Made by a program: the position numbers and the translations under genes
Assembly: GCA_964016885.1 (NCBI GenBank)
Contig: OZ024742.1
Span: 297,414,001-297,478,000, forward strand
Direction of reading: 5' to 3'
DNA length: 64,000 nt
From: Eledone cirrhosa
Lineage: Eukaryota
Shown: piece after piece, positions 10,228 to 24,175 of the stretch
Layout of the letters: each line of letters starts with the position of its first letter
How positions within the stretch are numbered: the stretch's first letter is position 1
The notes under the pieces: model-generated
The model's database searches: none
Told to the model about the DNA's origin: nothing
Seen by the model: the letters and a program-made list of their open reading frames with translations, nothing else

Positions 10228-12442
10228 CTGATGTTGGGTTGAGGTTTAAATAATCAATAGTTGTATACGATAAGTGATTTTAAGTTTGATTTTAAAATAA
10301 AGCAGTGTCTAGCTCCACAGTGTTGCAGTTGTTTGGAATTTATCGAAAAATTAGTAAGTTGAGGTTTAATATTTTACTAATACAAATAGAGGTTAACCAT
10401 TTTTCCATTGACATTATTTATGGTATATAAATGTATGGTATATAAATGTATAAACAGAACTGCAGATGTTTGAGAGTTATCATTTAAAACAGTTTTATTA
10501 AATGTTCGCATTACATTCTGTAAATCATCATCATTATCTTTTGATGGACTATTTTCCCTGAGAATAAAGTGGTTGGCAATTTAATAGATAATGTAAGGTT
10601 AATAGACTCACTTGTAATAGAACTAAATATAAAAAATAGTCTTGTTTCAGAGATGATAACCTGACTAGTGCTGGAGCTATGATAAAATGCACCCTGTATA
10701 TTCTGTAATGTGGTTAAGCATCGCACAGTGACAATGCATGTTAGATAAGACTTAGTCTTCTTGAGGACATAGCAATCTCTTTAGTGCTGGTGCTATAATA
10801 AAATGCATCACATTACATTCTAAAGTGGTTGGGATTAAAAAAGGCATCCAGTCATAGAAATCATGCAAAACATGTAATGTATGATCCTCTGGCCCATTCT
10901 CAAGGACAGGAACTCAGAATAAGAACTATTTTGGACTGTAATAACTATCTAGCCCATGCAACATGGAAAGTGAATGTAAACTGATAATGATTCTTTATTT
11001 TCCAACACTATTTTTAACTGAGTTACCTTTTCATTAAAATAAAACAATTCTATTTTCCTGTACTATGTTAAAACAAACACTCATCAGTTGCAGCAAAGAC
11101 ACAACACTCTTTCCAGTGCTGGTGTCATGATATAATGAACTCAGTGTAGTCTGTAAATTGGTGATAGGAAGGGCATCTAGTTGTAGAAAACTTGCCATAC
11201 AAAGGGTTGAGAAGGATCTTCAGTTGTGTCAAAGACATGACAGGCTCTCTAGTGATAATACCATGATAACATGCATGGTACACTCTGTATAGTGTGAGAT
11301 CTGTGGCTAGTGCTGGTGCCATGAGAACAAGCATCCAGTACACTAAGAATGCAAGGGTATGTAAGCCAAATGTGACCTCCTTGACCCTCTTAGAGGTTGG
11401 TAGCTCTAAGCAATATCTCGGTCTGTTATACTTCGTCCAGCCTTTGTTAGAAGAGAAAATGATGATGATGATGATATTTACCATGTGATTTCATTTTCAT
11501 AACATTCTACAATATTCTAATACACATTTTGCTGAGGTAATATTTTTTATTCCTATAAAACAATATGGTATAGACACATTAATTAAGTCACTGTGATCAG
11601 CTTGGAGAATTTTGATTTAAAGAACATTTTGGTTCAATTTACTTAATGAATTACATTTTGAAAGAAACTTTTAAAATAATTGAATATAATTTTATTTATT
11701 TATTATATTTCTTTAAGAACACTATTTATTGCATTTATATACAATGAAAATATATAGAATTAAAGAGCAAAAGTTTTTAGAATAAAGATTATTTTGATTA
11801 AAAAATTTTAATCTGTGAAATAGTAGCAATACAAGTATTTTTGTATCTAATGAAATTATATGCCACCCTTCCTCTCCAATGAATTAATCTGAAAAGAAAA
11901 TTTATTATATTTTGATACCTTTTCAGTAATTGTACAAAATAACCTAAAACTGTCAATTTATGATATAAGTATACCCTAAAGATTTATTAATCATTAATTA
12001 TTATGAAATACATTTTAATTGCTGCATTTAAACGTTTTTTATAAAAATAAAGAAAAACATTTCAAATAACATTACTGTGTGAGTTTATTTATAAATTATA
12101 TTTGTTCTTTATATATTTCCATCATGTCTACAAATTAAAATCGCATTCGTGATTTTGTTTTAGCAATATTGGACATACAAACATATTTCAAAGCAAAATT
12201 TCAAAGTATTTTACTGACTTTTAATGAGTTTAATTTTGATATGTTTTCACGAACCTCCATTAGTTTGAAAACATGTTGCAATTGTTTGATTAATGGAATG
12301 GGGTGCTCATGAAGCTAGCATAAAGTTGGCTGAGTGTTCCACACACACACATATACCCTTAAAGCAATTCTCATGAAGATTCAGAATGACACATTGTGCA
12401 ACAATTACATGTAGAGTTCAGCCAATAATTTCTAAACAGTTT

Positions 12443-12587
12443 CTCCATTGAGATATGGTCATTTTTGAAGCAGTTGTACCATTCCTTGATCTGAGTTTTG
12501 CACATGCCATCATCGCTAAAGGCCTGCTGAATCTTCTAGATGATTTGAGTCTGAGTATCACCAAGCTTTTAGCAAAACTTGATGCAA

Positions 12588-12592
<5 letters not shown>
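12443..12592 (-). pseudogene. mariner transposase N-terminal HTH fossil
   Basis: Minus-strand RDCIKFC*KLGDTQTQII*KIQQAFSDDGMCKTQIKEWYNCFKND matches the mariner N-terminal consensus (IKFC.KLG...I..AFG.......EW...FK.G). Confidence 0.8.
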
Positions 12593-12641
<49 letters not shown>

Positions 12642-12688
12642 CCATTTTTCAACTGTGAACAATTTGTCAGCATTTTCTATTCCGTTTA

Positions 12689-12731
<43 letters not shown>

Positions 12732-12784
12732 GAAGGTAATATCCGTAGTGGTAGAGCACTCAGTCCATTGGACGAGTTTGGTAG

Positions 12785-12864
12785 AAGTAGTAACACAACT
12801 CCTAGTTCATCATACCGAAAACAATTGTTCTCAGTGTGGTGAACTAACTATTGTGTTACTACTT
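12785..12864. repeat. 80-nt imperfect hairpin between (TA)n tracts
   Basis: AAGTAGTAACACAA / TTGTGTTACTACTT form a perfect 14-bp stem, then TAGTTCATCATAC / GTGTGGTGAACTA, around a central palindrome AACAATTGTT. Confidence 0.85.
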
Positions 12865-13081
12865 TTATATATATATATACCATAGTATTTAAAACATTAC
12901 AACATTAACTAAATAAGCACTCAATACTTGTGGGAAGAGTATATAATTTGATTTTCCATCTAGAAAATTGGCAATGACTTAGAAGTTCCAACTTGGTCAC
13001 TTTAGATAGCTGCCTTGAAATGTTTAATCTGAAACTTCAAAGCCACTGTCACTGAGACTTTTCTACTTATATATATATATA

Positions 13082-13420
13082 TGGAGGCACATAGCTTAGT
13101 GGTTATAGCATTGGCCTTGCAATAGAAAGATTGTGAGTTCAATTCTCAGACCGGGTGATGTGTTGTTTCCTTGAGCAAGACACTTTATTTCATATTCTTC
13201 CAGTTTACTCAGCTGTAAAAATGAGATGATAGGGACTGGGTTCCCTATCATTCCACTGCAAAGTGGTTGTGGAGGTACCACAGCAAAAAAGAACCCAGCA
13301 CTCACTGTAAATGAGGTTGGTGTTAGGAAGGGCATCCAGCTGTAGAAATCAAGCCAGAATCAGTTCCCGTCCCACCCTTGCAAGCAGGGAGAAGCGGATG
13401 TAAAATGATGATAAAATGAT
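13082..13420 (+). mobile_element. tRNA-derived CORE-type SINE (family 2) with RTE-derived 3' tail
   Basis: Head TAGCTTAGTGGTTA...GAGTTCAATTC; CORE-like CCTTGAGCAAGACACTT; 13294-13358 is identical (65 nt) to the reverse complement of 25320-25384; ends in ATGATGAT. Confidence 0.85.
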
Positions 13421-16400
13421 AATATATATATATATATGAAGAGCGAGAGAAAGAGAAGGAAAGAGAAGGAGAGAAAACAGGAGAGGGAAAGATATAGATA
13501 TATAGATAAAACTATGTGTGTGTGTGTAGAGATTTACTTAGAAAGTTCAGGACAATCTAATTTGACAATGAGGATTGACAGAGAACTGATGTATTCAAGC
13601 ATTCAGCAGACAGTTCAAGCTGGAATTCATGAAAATTCATACAAAATAAATAAAAAAGTAACAAAAACAAATAAAGAACATGAAATAATATTTCATTCAA
13701 ACAATTTGCATAAATTCCTTCATACTTATAATCTAATGTATGCTCTTGTATTCTAAGTATTCTCATCTCATGATGTCATCTTCTTTGTTTTGTATGAGAG
13801 ACCCTTCTTCCTGCAGAACAAGTTATTTTTGGTCAGTATGCAAGTTGCAGCGAGTTTGTAGTTTATTGATAAACTGTTTAAGTGCTTATTTTCATGCTAT
13901 TCAGAAGTGACTACTTTTTAGGGGGGTTTTAGATTTATTAGCTTATAATGAAAATTATATTTATTTCAAGAAGTGTCATATTCCACGATAAACGTTAGAT
14001 GGTGTATTTAGATCTCATTTAAACACCTGATACAGAACTTAAGTATCTCTAGCTGGAAGAGATTCACTACTTGTTATTTAGTCAAGTTATTGACAATAGA
14101 TAGTTCAGTCTTTATAGTGTATAGAGCTAGATGTTAAGTTAATTTTCCTAGCAAAAAGAATAATCCTAGAGCTATCTCTTTGCACAGTTGTTTCATGTTT
14201 TCACTTTTTCATTCTGAAACTGAACAGAATGGTGTGATTATGGCTGCAATGTGTTTGATTATATTTCTACTATATCAGACCCGAATTAAGGCTAAACAAC
14301 AACTTACAGTTCGTTACAGATTCATGTCATTCTTAAATGAACATAAACTGAAAGTATTGAATATAACTAAGGATGAAGATTAAGAAATGAATAACCCACC
14401 ATGTCATAACCATCATCATCGCTTTACGTTAAATTTCCCATGCCAGCAGGAGCAAGATGATAATTTTTTGAGTTTGTGTTTTATGACTGGAAGTCCTTTC
14501 TACTACACCCGCTTATTATAAAATAAAATCAGGCTTCCCCACCTCTTGTAGTCATGGATTACCATGATTTTGCATTTGAAAAGTTTCTGTCCAAGGCTCA
14601 AGCTTGGACAAAATGTTTTGTGGAAGACCAGCAGTCCCCATGCAAGCACGTTTCCTTTTGTCATCTCATCAATGTTGCCCAAAGAAAAGCCAAAGACTGA
14701 TATAGCTTGGCACAAGTGAAATCACAAATAAACTCAGAACACAAAGGCCTGAATGCATAACAACTAATCCTCTAACAATTCAACCAATCCACCACAATGG
14801 TCTAGTACATTATCTATGGACCTCAAAAGAATAATAGGCAAAGCAATATTTGAGCAATATTTGAGCAATATTTGAGCTCAGCATACAGGGAGACATTCTG
14901 GCATTTGCAAATTAACTGCTTCTTTATTAAGTAAACTACTTATTCACTGACTTTCACTGCTCTAAACTCTATATTTTGGGACAAAAGAAATGGTGCTGGT
15001 TTTTGAAGTAGTTTCAGAATGAAAACGTTTGCAGGACAAATGTGCCTGTGTGCACTCACACACATGACATATTTAAACACAGTTTTCACCTTCCAAATTT
15101 CACTAATGTGACATTAGTCAATGTGACAGAATCTGAAACCATGTGGATGCAAAGCAAACTTGTTAAACACACAGCCAACCAACTATTAACACATATATTA
15201 TAATGTAACACACAATGAGTTGATTAAATTTAATTATTCGCAATTAAAACTACCAAACAAAAATCAAAATAACATAAACACCGGAAATGTCTTTAGGTGC
15301 ATTGAATGATATTTATAGGAATTGAAGTTTTAGTTATTCAAAAATGTAATTTAACAATTGGCATTTGAGTTACATGATTAGTTGATATTTATCAAGTTCA
15401 ATTGACTTGATATCTAATATTCACATCTAAATCTGTACAAAATATATTTGGGAAATTACAAGTTATAAAGAGAAATGTAGATAGCATATTACATTAAATA
15501 GCAATGAATATATTTCAAAATCTCTCTTTCTTGTGTATATTCGTTTATAAGTCCTTAGTTTTTACAAAATATTCAGATGCAAAATGTCATATGCATGTTT
15601 ACCCTGGATTTGAAATATTAAAGAATGAGTCTAAAATATTATAAGTAGAATAATGTTGCGACTGATCTATATCTTCCTTGATTTTTCCCAGGACTTATTC
15701 TTTCACAACTTCCTGGTATTTCTTAGCCCAAAAATAATCATCTATAAGCATTGCATGTTCACATCAGCACAAATTTCTCTCCTGTACACTTTATCTAATT
15801 CCACATATGGCCAGTTATTCTGAAATTCTCTGTGCTTTGTCATTCATGTACACTAATATTATATATTTATCAGTGCATAGTTGATTCATTTCTCTCCAGC
15901 TTTTGCATATTGTCTGCAGTTAAATGAAATTAAGAATGCCACTTGATATATTAAATTGAATACATTGTTTCCTAAGTAACTGAGATATTAAAGCGTTTTT
16001 GCTTTTTGAAAAGAAGTATTTAGGCATTATTTTATTTGGTAAGTTGATAGGTTTAACATGTCAATGTATGTGGAAATGAAGGAAAAGAAATTTGGAAGAA
16101 AAAATCACTTAAATAATGTTATATGATACAAATAAAATATAGTTTCTGAGTAAGTTTCTATTTTCCTCAAAAAGAACATTTTAAAATCTGACATGCAAAT
16201 GTGTTTGTCACAGAATATTTCACAAACATAATTCCCAAGCTAAATCAGTCTGACTCAATTTATTATAAGCACAATCCATCTGACAAACTTATATATAGTC
16301 ATTTGGCCTTCTAATTTTACTCACAAAACTGGGATCTCCCTCAGGCTATGACAAAGACACTTGTCCAAGATAATATGCAAGGGGATCAAACCTCGATCTT

Positions 16401-16804
16401 TAGACGTTTTTTTTTTCACTCTAATGAACCTAAATTTATTTTAGTATTTCAGGTGTTTCATCAATAAGGTGAGATACTCATCATGTCAATGTATAAGTGG
16501 TTCTGTATTCCACAGATGTGTACTCTTTAAGCAAATCAACAATACAATGTGTGACAAGGGGGACCCATTGAATTAGGTGTACATCCCATTTGACGGGACT
16601 CCAAACATTTTCCATCTAAATGGTGCTATGGTAAACGAAACATGCCCAAGATGCCACACAGCATGATTGAACATGAACCCTAATGATTGTGAAACAAACT
16701 ACTTACCCATTTGGCCATTATAGTCATACATTTACCACTGTAATAAAGAAGTATATAATAATCTTTTGTTGAATGTAATTTGACATTTTTATAAACTTTC
16801 TAAA

Positions 16805-16836
<32 letters not shown>

Positions 16837-19800
16837 ACTAATGTATAAATACTTTGATATGGAGGGTACTGGGTTCATTTTATCATCACCAACACTAGTG
16901 AGATTGCCATATGCTTAGCTAAACTTGAGAGTCCTCTTTTCTTTAAATAAACATTTTCAATCACCAATATAGGCAATGTACTATAAAAGAGATTTCACAG
17001 TCTGTTGGAGCAAACAACAACCTCTTTGGTGCTGGTTCTATGATAAATTGCACCCAGTACACTATATATATATATAGTGGTAGTGCTGGTGCCATGATAA
17101 AATGCACCCAGTACACTCAAAAGTGGTTGGTGTTAGAAAGGACATCCAGCTATAGAAACCATGCCAGATATGAAATATGTGAACAACATGAGGTTTCTCT
17201 GATCCATCTGATCACAAGTTGTGACAACCTGTCCAACCAACATCATAAAATGATGATGGTGATGAAGCCAAATACATTAAAAGCTACCAGCAATAATCAT
17301 AAAATAGTGTAAATTTGTTAACTAAATATACCCAGAGAGAGAATAATTATAAATATATGGACATACTCTATCATTATCATTTTTAGGTTCACATTTCCAT
17401 GCATGCATGGGATGGATGTGTCTTCTCCAGCTCAGCTTTCCTGCATTTGACACATTCCTTCATCATCTCTGTCAGATTCAGCATTCTGAATTCAGCTTTC
17501 ACCACTTTAGCCCAGATTCTCCTTGATCTTCATCTTCTGCAACTTCCTTTATTTTGGAAATATTGGTACTTCTTCATCCAACTGTCATCGTATGTATCAT
17601 GTGCCCATATGGACAGAAATTTCTTTCATGCACACTATGACTGATATCACTTATATTGGGTAAATGACTTGAAAGCAAAATTAATCATGATTAAGAGTTC
17701 CTTGAAAAAGGTTAAAGTGCAATAGAAAGATTATTGTTTGGTTCATTTGCCAAATAGTTATCCAATTATAAGGAATATTCAATATTGATTCAGTATACAA
17801 TATTGATTCAGTATACAATGTAAAGGGGCTAATTTCAAATTTGCAATTACATCTAACTTTTCTTAGATTTTGAAAATGTTATATTTGAAATTATAAATAT
17901 ATATATGTAGAAAATCTAGCAGCAGATTAAATTCTACTGATTGATTTAAAGATACTATTGTGGTATAATAGTTTATATTAAAATGTAATCCCTAATAAAG
18001 TACTCAAGGAAACATAAATTCATAGAGGAAAATATTAAATAGTACTTTTGAGGTATATCGTAATGAATTCTTGTATATCTGTATATGGATATTTAAATAA
18101 TCATAATATTGTCATAAACTTATATTATCTTTGATAAATCATCACATTTATTTATGAATTTCCATAACTTATTAAAATTTATAGACTTAGATATATATTA
18201 TGTTTTGAGTCTGTGAGTAAATATTTTGATGAATATCTGAATGTTTTGTAAATAGTGATTACCACCACATAAGAAAATTGAATAATAATTATTAATATAC
18301 AGCAAAACCAACAAAGGTATTGACCTCAAGATATAAACAACTGTTTATACTTAAATAAATGTTTAGTTTTTTTTCTTTGATTTTTGTTTTGTTTTATTAA
18401 ATAACTTTATGTCGGACAGCTTCAAAATATTGCTGCTATTCATGAAAATAGTATTCTAGACACATAAGTAAAAAGAAAAGAATGAAAAGCTTAATCAAAT
18501 GATTTCTAAAAACAAAAATGTTTTTAAAAGAGAAAGTTTAGATTAATCTTTATGAAACAACTTTCAAGAGATATTTGATAGTGAGTAGCCCCCCTCCCCC
18601 AGCCACTCCTACAAGATTCGAGGTAGACTCACTTGTGTTGATATCACAATAAAATGCACTTTGTGAAGTAGCAATGCTAATGCCACAATAGAAAACACCC
18701 AGTACCCTCTCTGCAATGTGGAGTGGCAATCATATGTAGATGCCATGCTAAAAATGGAGCATATGAACAAGATATGGCTCCCTAACCCATCTCGACTTGA
18801 ACTATGATAACCTATCCAACCCAAACAAGCATGGAAAAATGGACACAAAATTGTGATGATGATGATAATGTTGGTAATTTCCTTTTTTCCTTCCCCCTTT
18901 TTGTTGCCTCATTGTCTCTGTTGGATACTAACATGTTTATATTAAAATGTTTATATTGGCATTTTTATGTAACATTTTGGTTTAACTATGAGCTGCTATT
19001 TGAAATGTGATACATTGTTGCAACACAAACATCTTTGATACATGCACGGTTGCACTTGATATGCATTTAATAATTTATGCCTGATTCACTCATGCTTCCA
19101 GTTACACACTTTACATTACCAATAACTTTAAGATGAGACTAAATGTTAGAAATTCCTATTTCCATAATACCTTTTGGTAATATTAAATAACACTAAAACA
19201 TAATGTTATTTGATGGTATAAGATAACATATATGAGAAGAATATACCAATAAGAAAGCTTTATATTTACAAATATTTCTTGATAAATGTTAGAATATATT
19301 GGATTCTAAACTGTTTGAAGATTTAACCTTATTCATACAAAACTGCCTGAAACCATTCCGTATTCTATGATACAGAGCTGTTTATTTAACGTTTTAATAT
19401 TTGTTATAAAATGTTGTTGTTTCAAATGTCAGCTTCATAATGATAAAGTTAGTTATATTATCAAATCCCTAAAAATTCTTGTTTACTTTCGAAATTATTT
19501 GAAGATCCTTGCCATGTAAAATAGGGTAACAAAAACAGTTAAACAAATATGGTAATAAAAAAAGTTAAAAATTAACATATCCAAGTTTCTGAACATTTGA
19601 TCACATATCGGATTGTAGTATTGAAATGTGTTAAGATTAGAAATGGCATAATTTAATTTCCTTCCGACACTTAATGTTAGCATTACATACCATTCTTATG
19701 CTTGCTATCTTTGTTCTTATATACAATTGAGTTGGTCATATGTTGAAAATTATAGCAAAATGACTCAAGGTTCTTCATCATTATGCTGCAACTGTTGTAG

Positions 19801-19872
19801 AGGATGTAGAAAATGTGATGGATAGACACAGCATATAAATTAGTTGTTATATTGCTGATAGAAAAATTGTCA

Positions 19873-20260
19873 ACTAGAATTCTTTTCAACATGCTAACGT
19901 GTATGTGTATTTGTGTGTGTGTATGTGCGTGCATATGCATACATTTATATGCATGAGTATATAAATATTAATGTGCAAACACAGACACACTTACAAAAAT
20001 ACACACTCAAAGATATACATTCACACAAATGCACATAAATTCACACAAACACACACGTATACTCACACAAACACACACACATACATTTACACAAATACAC
20101 ACATATGCATGCACTCACACTCAGCGTAGCATATAGAACCCCAACTGCTGTTTTGCTAAACTTCTTTCACCATCCCCTTCCTTCCTTTTACACACACATA
20201 CATTTACACAAACACACACATTGTGTGATGGACGGAAGTCGCTCAAATTTATATATAGAT
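19873..20260 (-). mobile_element. Possible non-autonomous Helitron-like element carrying TG/CA microsatellites
   Basis: Plus strand starts A|CTAG (19873) and ends TTTATATATAGA|T, i.e. TC...CTAG on the minus strand in an AT site; the interior is CA/TG-rich. Confidence 0.35.
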
Positions 20261-20918
20261 TAGTCAAATGGTGTTTTTTAATGTGATATAGAACGTTTTA
20301 GTGTATGCAGTAGTTTATAGCCTATCTCTCTCCTTGACATGTGAACACTGAGAGTCACACCTGTAAATTGTTGAGGAATTGATTAGAACATTCTTTTTAT
20401 ATTTTTTACTATTTAGTCAGGGAGGGAAGGGCAGTGCCAATAAAGTTTTTGTGCCTCTGAGACTAGTGAAAAGAAGGAAGCTACTCTCAAAATGGTTGCC
20501 TGACTGGACAGCTTGCAACTCAGTGGACTTTACTAAAGGTATCCAGGGGGTAGGTGGTGGTATTAACTGCATGGCAAATTAAGTCTACAATCTAAGTAGG
20601 CCACAGCAGAATAGGAACTTAGATTGCAAAGAGTCAGAACAAAAACTGCATTAACATTTTGCATATTCTACCACACTTGCCTGATACTTTATTTTCTCAA
20701 CCACTAAAGGCAAAGTTGATCTTAGCAGGATTTGAACACAGAGCAAAGACCTGGATCACATTCCACGAGACACGTTGTCTCATGCTTTAACAATCTTGCC
20801 AATTTGCTGCCAAAGTACTTTTGAACAGTGAAAATTTACATTTTCAATCTGTTTTCCATGCTTCATGGGGTGTTTTGGAGTATTGTTTTACTGTCAGATG
20901 CCCTTCCTTATCCTTAAT

Positions 20919-21081
20919 CAGTCATATACAAACTGCAGCCTGCGAGCCACAGGCAGCCCATTTGGCTTTCTGAATAGCACACCTAATTTCAAAATTGCCA
21001 TGAATTTTTTAATTGTGCAGCCCACTTTATGATGAGCTACATCCTATGTGGCCAACTGCTCGCGAAGGTTACCCATTCCTG
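20919..21081. mobile_element. hAT (Charlie-like) MITE
   Basis: Ends CAG...AAACTGCAGCCTGCGAGCCAC and GTGGCC...AAGGTTACCCATTCCTG; 8-bp TSD TCCTTAAT (20911-20918) / TCCTAAAT (21082-21089). Confidence 0.7.
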
Positions 21082-22092
21082 TCCTAAATGATTTAACCAC
21101 CTCATACAAACAGCATTGATTTGGTGTACCTATTATAAAATGTGAAAAGGATGATAAATATTTAGCATATAATGTTGCTTTGAAGGGTCATCAGAATATA
21201 AAGCTTTTAACATTTGTGAATGTTTTAATTTTGTGTCAGAAAGATGCAGTGTTGTGGACAGGACTTTTTCATAAATATAGTGAATAGGAGTTGGTGATGT
21301 TAAATGTCCCCATTTGGAGGTTATTATCAAGGTTAATGTTCATTGAACTGTGATATCTGACATAAGGTGGATAATGTTTGTGTGGAAGAAATTATCCAGA
21401 AGTGAATTTCTAGATATATGTGTGTTATTGGAAAAGACGATGAGACTGTTGTTAATGTGCTGAATGGAATGTGTATAGAATAAAGAATTTCTGAAAAATG
21501 CACACACACAAGGAATGAAATGACAGGATCATGTGTTGAAGGATGAAAGTGCCTGGGTTAGATAAGTTGTGGAAATGAATGGGGAAGTATAGGGAGGGAA
21601 AAAGACATGGCTAAAGATGGAGTAGGAAATGAAAATCAAGGTGTTGATAAGTTTGGGATACAGAATATAGAACAAAATAGAGAAGCTTTTCAAAGACTGT
21701 TGGCTTAAGTACCTGTTTTAGCAGGTAAAATGGCCATAAAACACTGTAAGGGAAACTTACCAAAAGCCTGTTTCTCATAGCATTGCCCTGTCTCATAAAC
21801 CTTTACTTTCCATGAAGCTGTTTTTTCAGACCAAGTGGATGAATCCACTATTAGTGTTATGGACAGCATTACTATGAATGACCATAATTTTTTATTTTGT
21901 TGCTGTTAGGAAATCAATTTCAATTCAAGCCAAAGTTTGACTTTGGCTTGGATTAAGAACCTTACATATTAATAGAGAATGCTCTGCTGCAGTTGATGAA
22001 TAAAATCTTAATTGTGAGATGGTGGGACATTTTCCAAAGGTATGACAATAATCAATAATGTCACCAGTAGCATTCTCTCATGTACATACATA

Positions 22093-22407
22093 CAGGGCCG
22101 GATTTAATAAGGTGCAAATGGGGCAATTGCCCTGGGGCCCCTGCAGTGACGGTCAGAGCAATTTATTTGAGCACTAAGCTAGGTGCTTTAGTTTTAGGAT
22201 GGTTAGAATTTTTGAATTTAATATCTATATATAACTTTTCAATTCCAATTACTTGCAGCAAGCTAACTTTGATATGTAAAATTGAGAGATTGCTGTGTAT
22301 TCTATTTTTTTGTATATGAAGGGCACTCCAAAATGGAACAGCCCTCATCCTGCTAAATGTGAAGTGCCCTGGACCCCCCTCCCCCCCCATGTCTAAATCC
22401 AACACTG
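22093..22407. mobile_element. hAT-type MITE
   Basis: TIRs CAGGGCCGGATTTA / TAAATCCAACACTG; 8-bp flanks CATACATA and TGTACATA, both derivable from CGTACATA by CpG decay. Confidence 0.7.
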
Positions 22408-22564
22408 TGTACATATGTTGAATTTCCTTTTGTCACTGTCAATAGGCACAACCAATGATGGCATATTCACAACCGTAATACATTACCTATGATTTGTGAA
22501 GATCAGCAGTGAATCTACTATGAAACTAATGAAATATAAGCCTTGGTTGCTTATCCCAGAATAG

Positions 22565-23060
22565 CCGCCATAACAATTGAAACCTCACAAAGGTTACCAC
22601 AATAGTTAAAGACTCAGTGTTTTTCTAACTTCAGAGGGGTCTCCATAACAATTCAAACCTCAGTGGGGTCACCATAACAGTTCAAACCTCAGTGGGGGTC
22701 ACCATAATATTTCAAGTCTCAGAGTTTCTCAACTCAGAGGGGTCACTCTAATAGTTTAAACCTTGGGGTTTCTAACCTCAAAAGTACCAGCATAAAATTT
22801 CAAACCTTGGGTTATCTAAACTCGGAGGGGGTCACCATAACATTTCAAACCTTGGGGTTTCTAAATTCAGAACGGTCACCATAACAATTCAACCCTCGGG
22901 TTATCTAACCTCAGAGGGGGTCACCATAACATTTCAAACACCAAGTTATCTATCAGAGGGGGTCACCATAACATTTCAAACCTCAGAGGGGTCAACTTAA
23001 CAGTTCAAACTTCAGGGTTTCTAAACGCAGAGAGGTCACCATAACAGTTCAAACATCAAA
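22565..23060. repeat. Degenerate minisatellite, ~30-48-bp units
   Basis: About 12 copies of GGGGTCACCATAACA(G/T)TTCAAACCT, with or without a GGGTT(T/A)TCTAACCTCAGA extension. Confidence 0.85.
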
Positions 23061-23892
23061 GACCTCAAAATATTGGTGTGCCATTGGTGAATATATTACC
23101 AATAAAGTTAGGTATTAAATCATATTCAAAATCATAGGAAAAGGTAAGGAGATCTATCAATGGAAACAAGCTTTGACATAATTACATAATTTTTAAAAAA
23201 ATTATAAATATTGAAATAATTACTTCCCTTTTACTACGAATCGCAAACCAGGTAGTATCTTCTGTCTTTCAGCTTGGTACCTTATTTCTTGTTGCTCCAG
23301 TTAACTCACTTAAAATTCAGCAGTTGACGCAGCTGGGAATTAACCCTACAACAGACCTGTGTCCCATCCAGGGATGCATTTTGAATTCTTATTCATTTAA
23401 CATCACATGAAACAAGGGTAAGTATTGGGGTTTGTGCAACCCATGCAAGCATGAAGGAATAGATGTAAAATCAATAATTTTCTGATAACTGGCTAAATTA
23501 TACAATTAACAAAACCTTGATAATGACTGTCATTTATAGGACCCAAATCATTTATTGAAATGAGTAACTTTTACCCTTTGACATAACTCTATGAGTTTGT
23601 GTTACCCTTTTTCATTTGCTCTAAGAAAAGCAAATTCTTAAGCTATCATTCAAAATACATTTTACATTTTGGCAACACTCGATATGTTTTGGCATTAATT
23701 CTTTGGCATTTCCTTCAAGAAAATCAACTTCTTAAGCTATCATTCAGCTATTCTTCTCTTTGTTCTCATTGCTGTGTGCTCCAAGCACTCTTCATAATAA
23801 CCATGTCATTACAGTCTAAAGATCTGAATTTCAGTAAAATTTTAAGTAGATGGAATATTTATGAGTAGAATCTTTTAACATTCATTATGAAA

Positions 23893-24175
23893 GTGGATTG
23901 GCAGTATCGGTAGAGGGTCGGACGTCATGCTTTACAGCAGAGTTACGTCCCTTAACGTTCTGAGTTCAAATCCCACCAAGGTTAACTTTGCCTTTCATCC
24001 TTACGGGGTCGATAAAATAAAATACCAGTAATACACTGGGATAATTGCTGGCCTTGTGCCAAAAGTAGAAAAATTATGAAAAGTTAACTTTGCCTTTCAT
24101 CCTTGCGGGGTCGATAAAATAAAGTACCACTAATGTACTGGGTAATTGCTGGCCTTGCGCCAAAAGTAGAAACAA
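23893..24175 (+). mobile_element. SINE family 1 followed by a second 5'-truncated copy of its 3' half
   Basis: Full copy to ~24072, then GTTAACTTTGCC...GTAGAAACA repeated at 24083-24175; ATTATGAAA occurs before, between and after. Confidence 0.88.
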
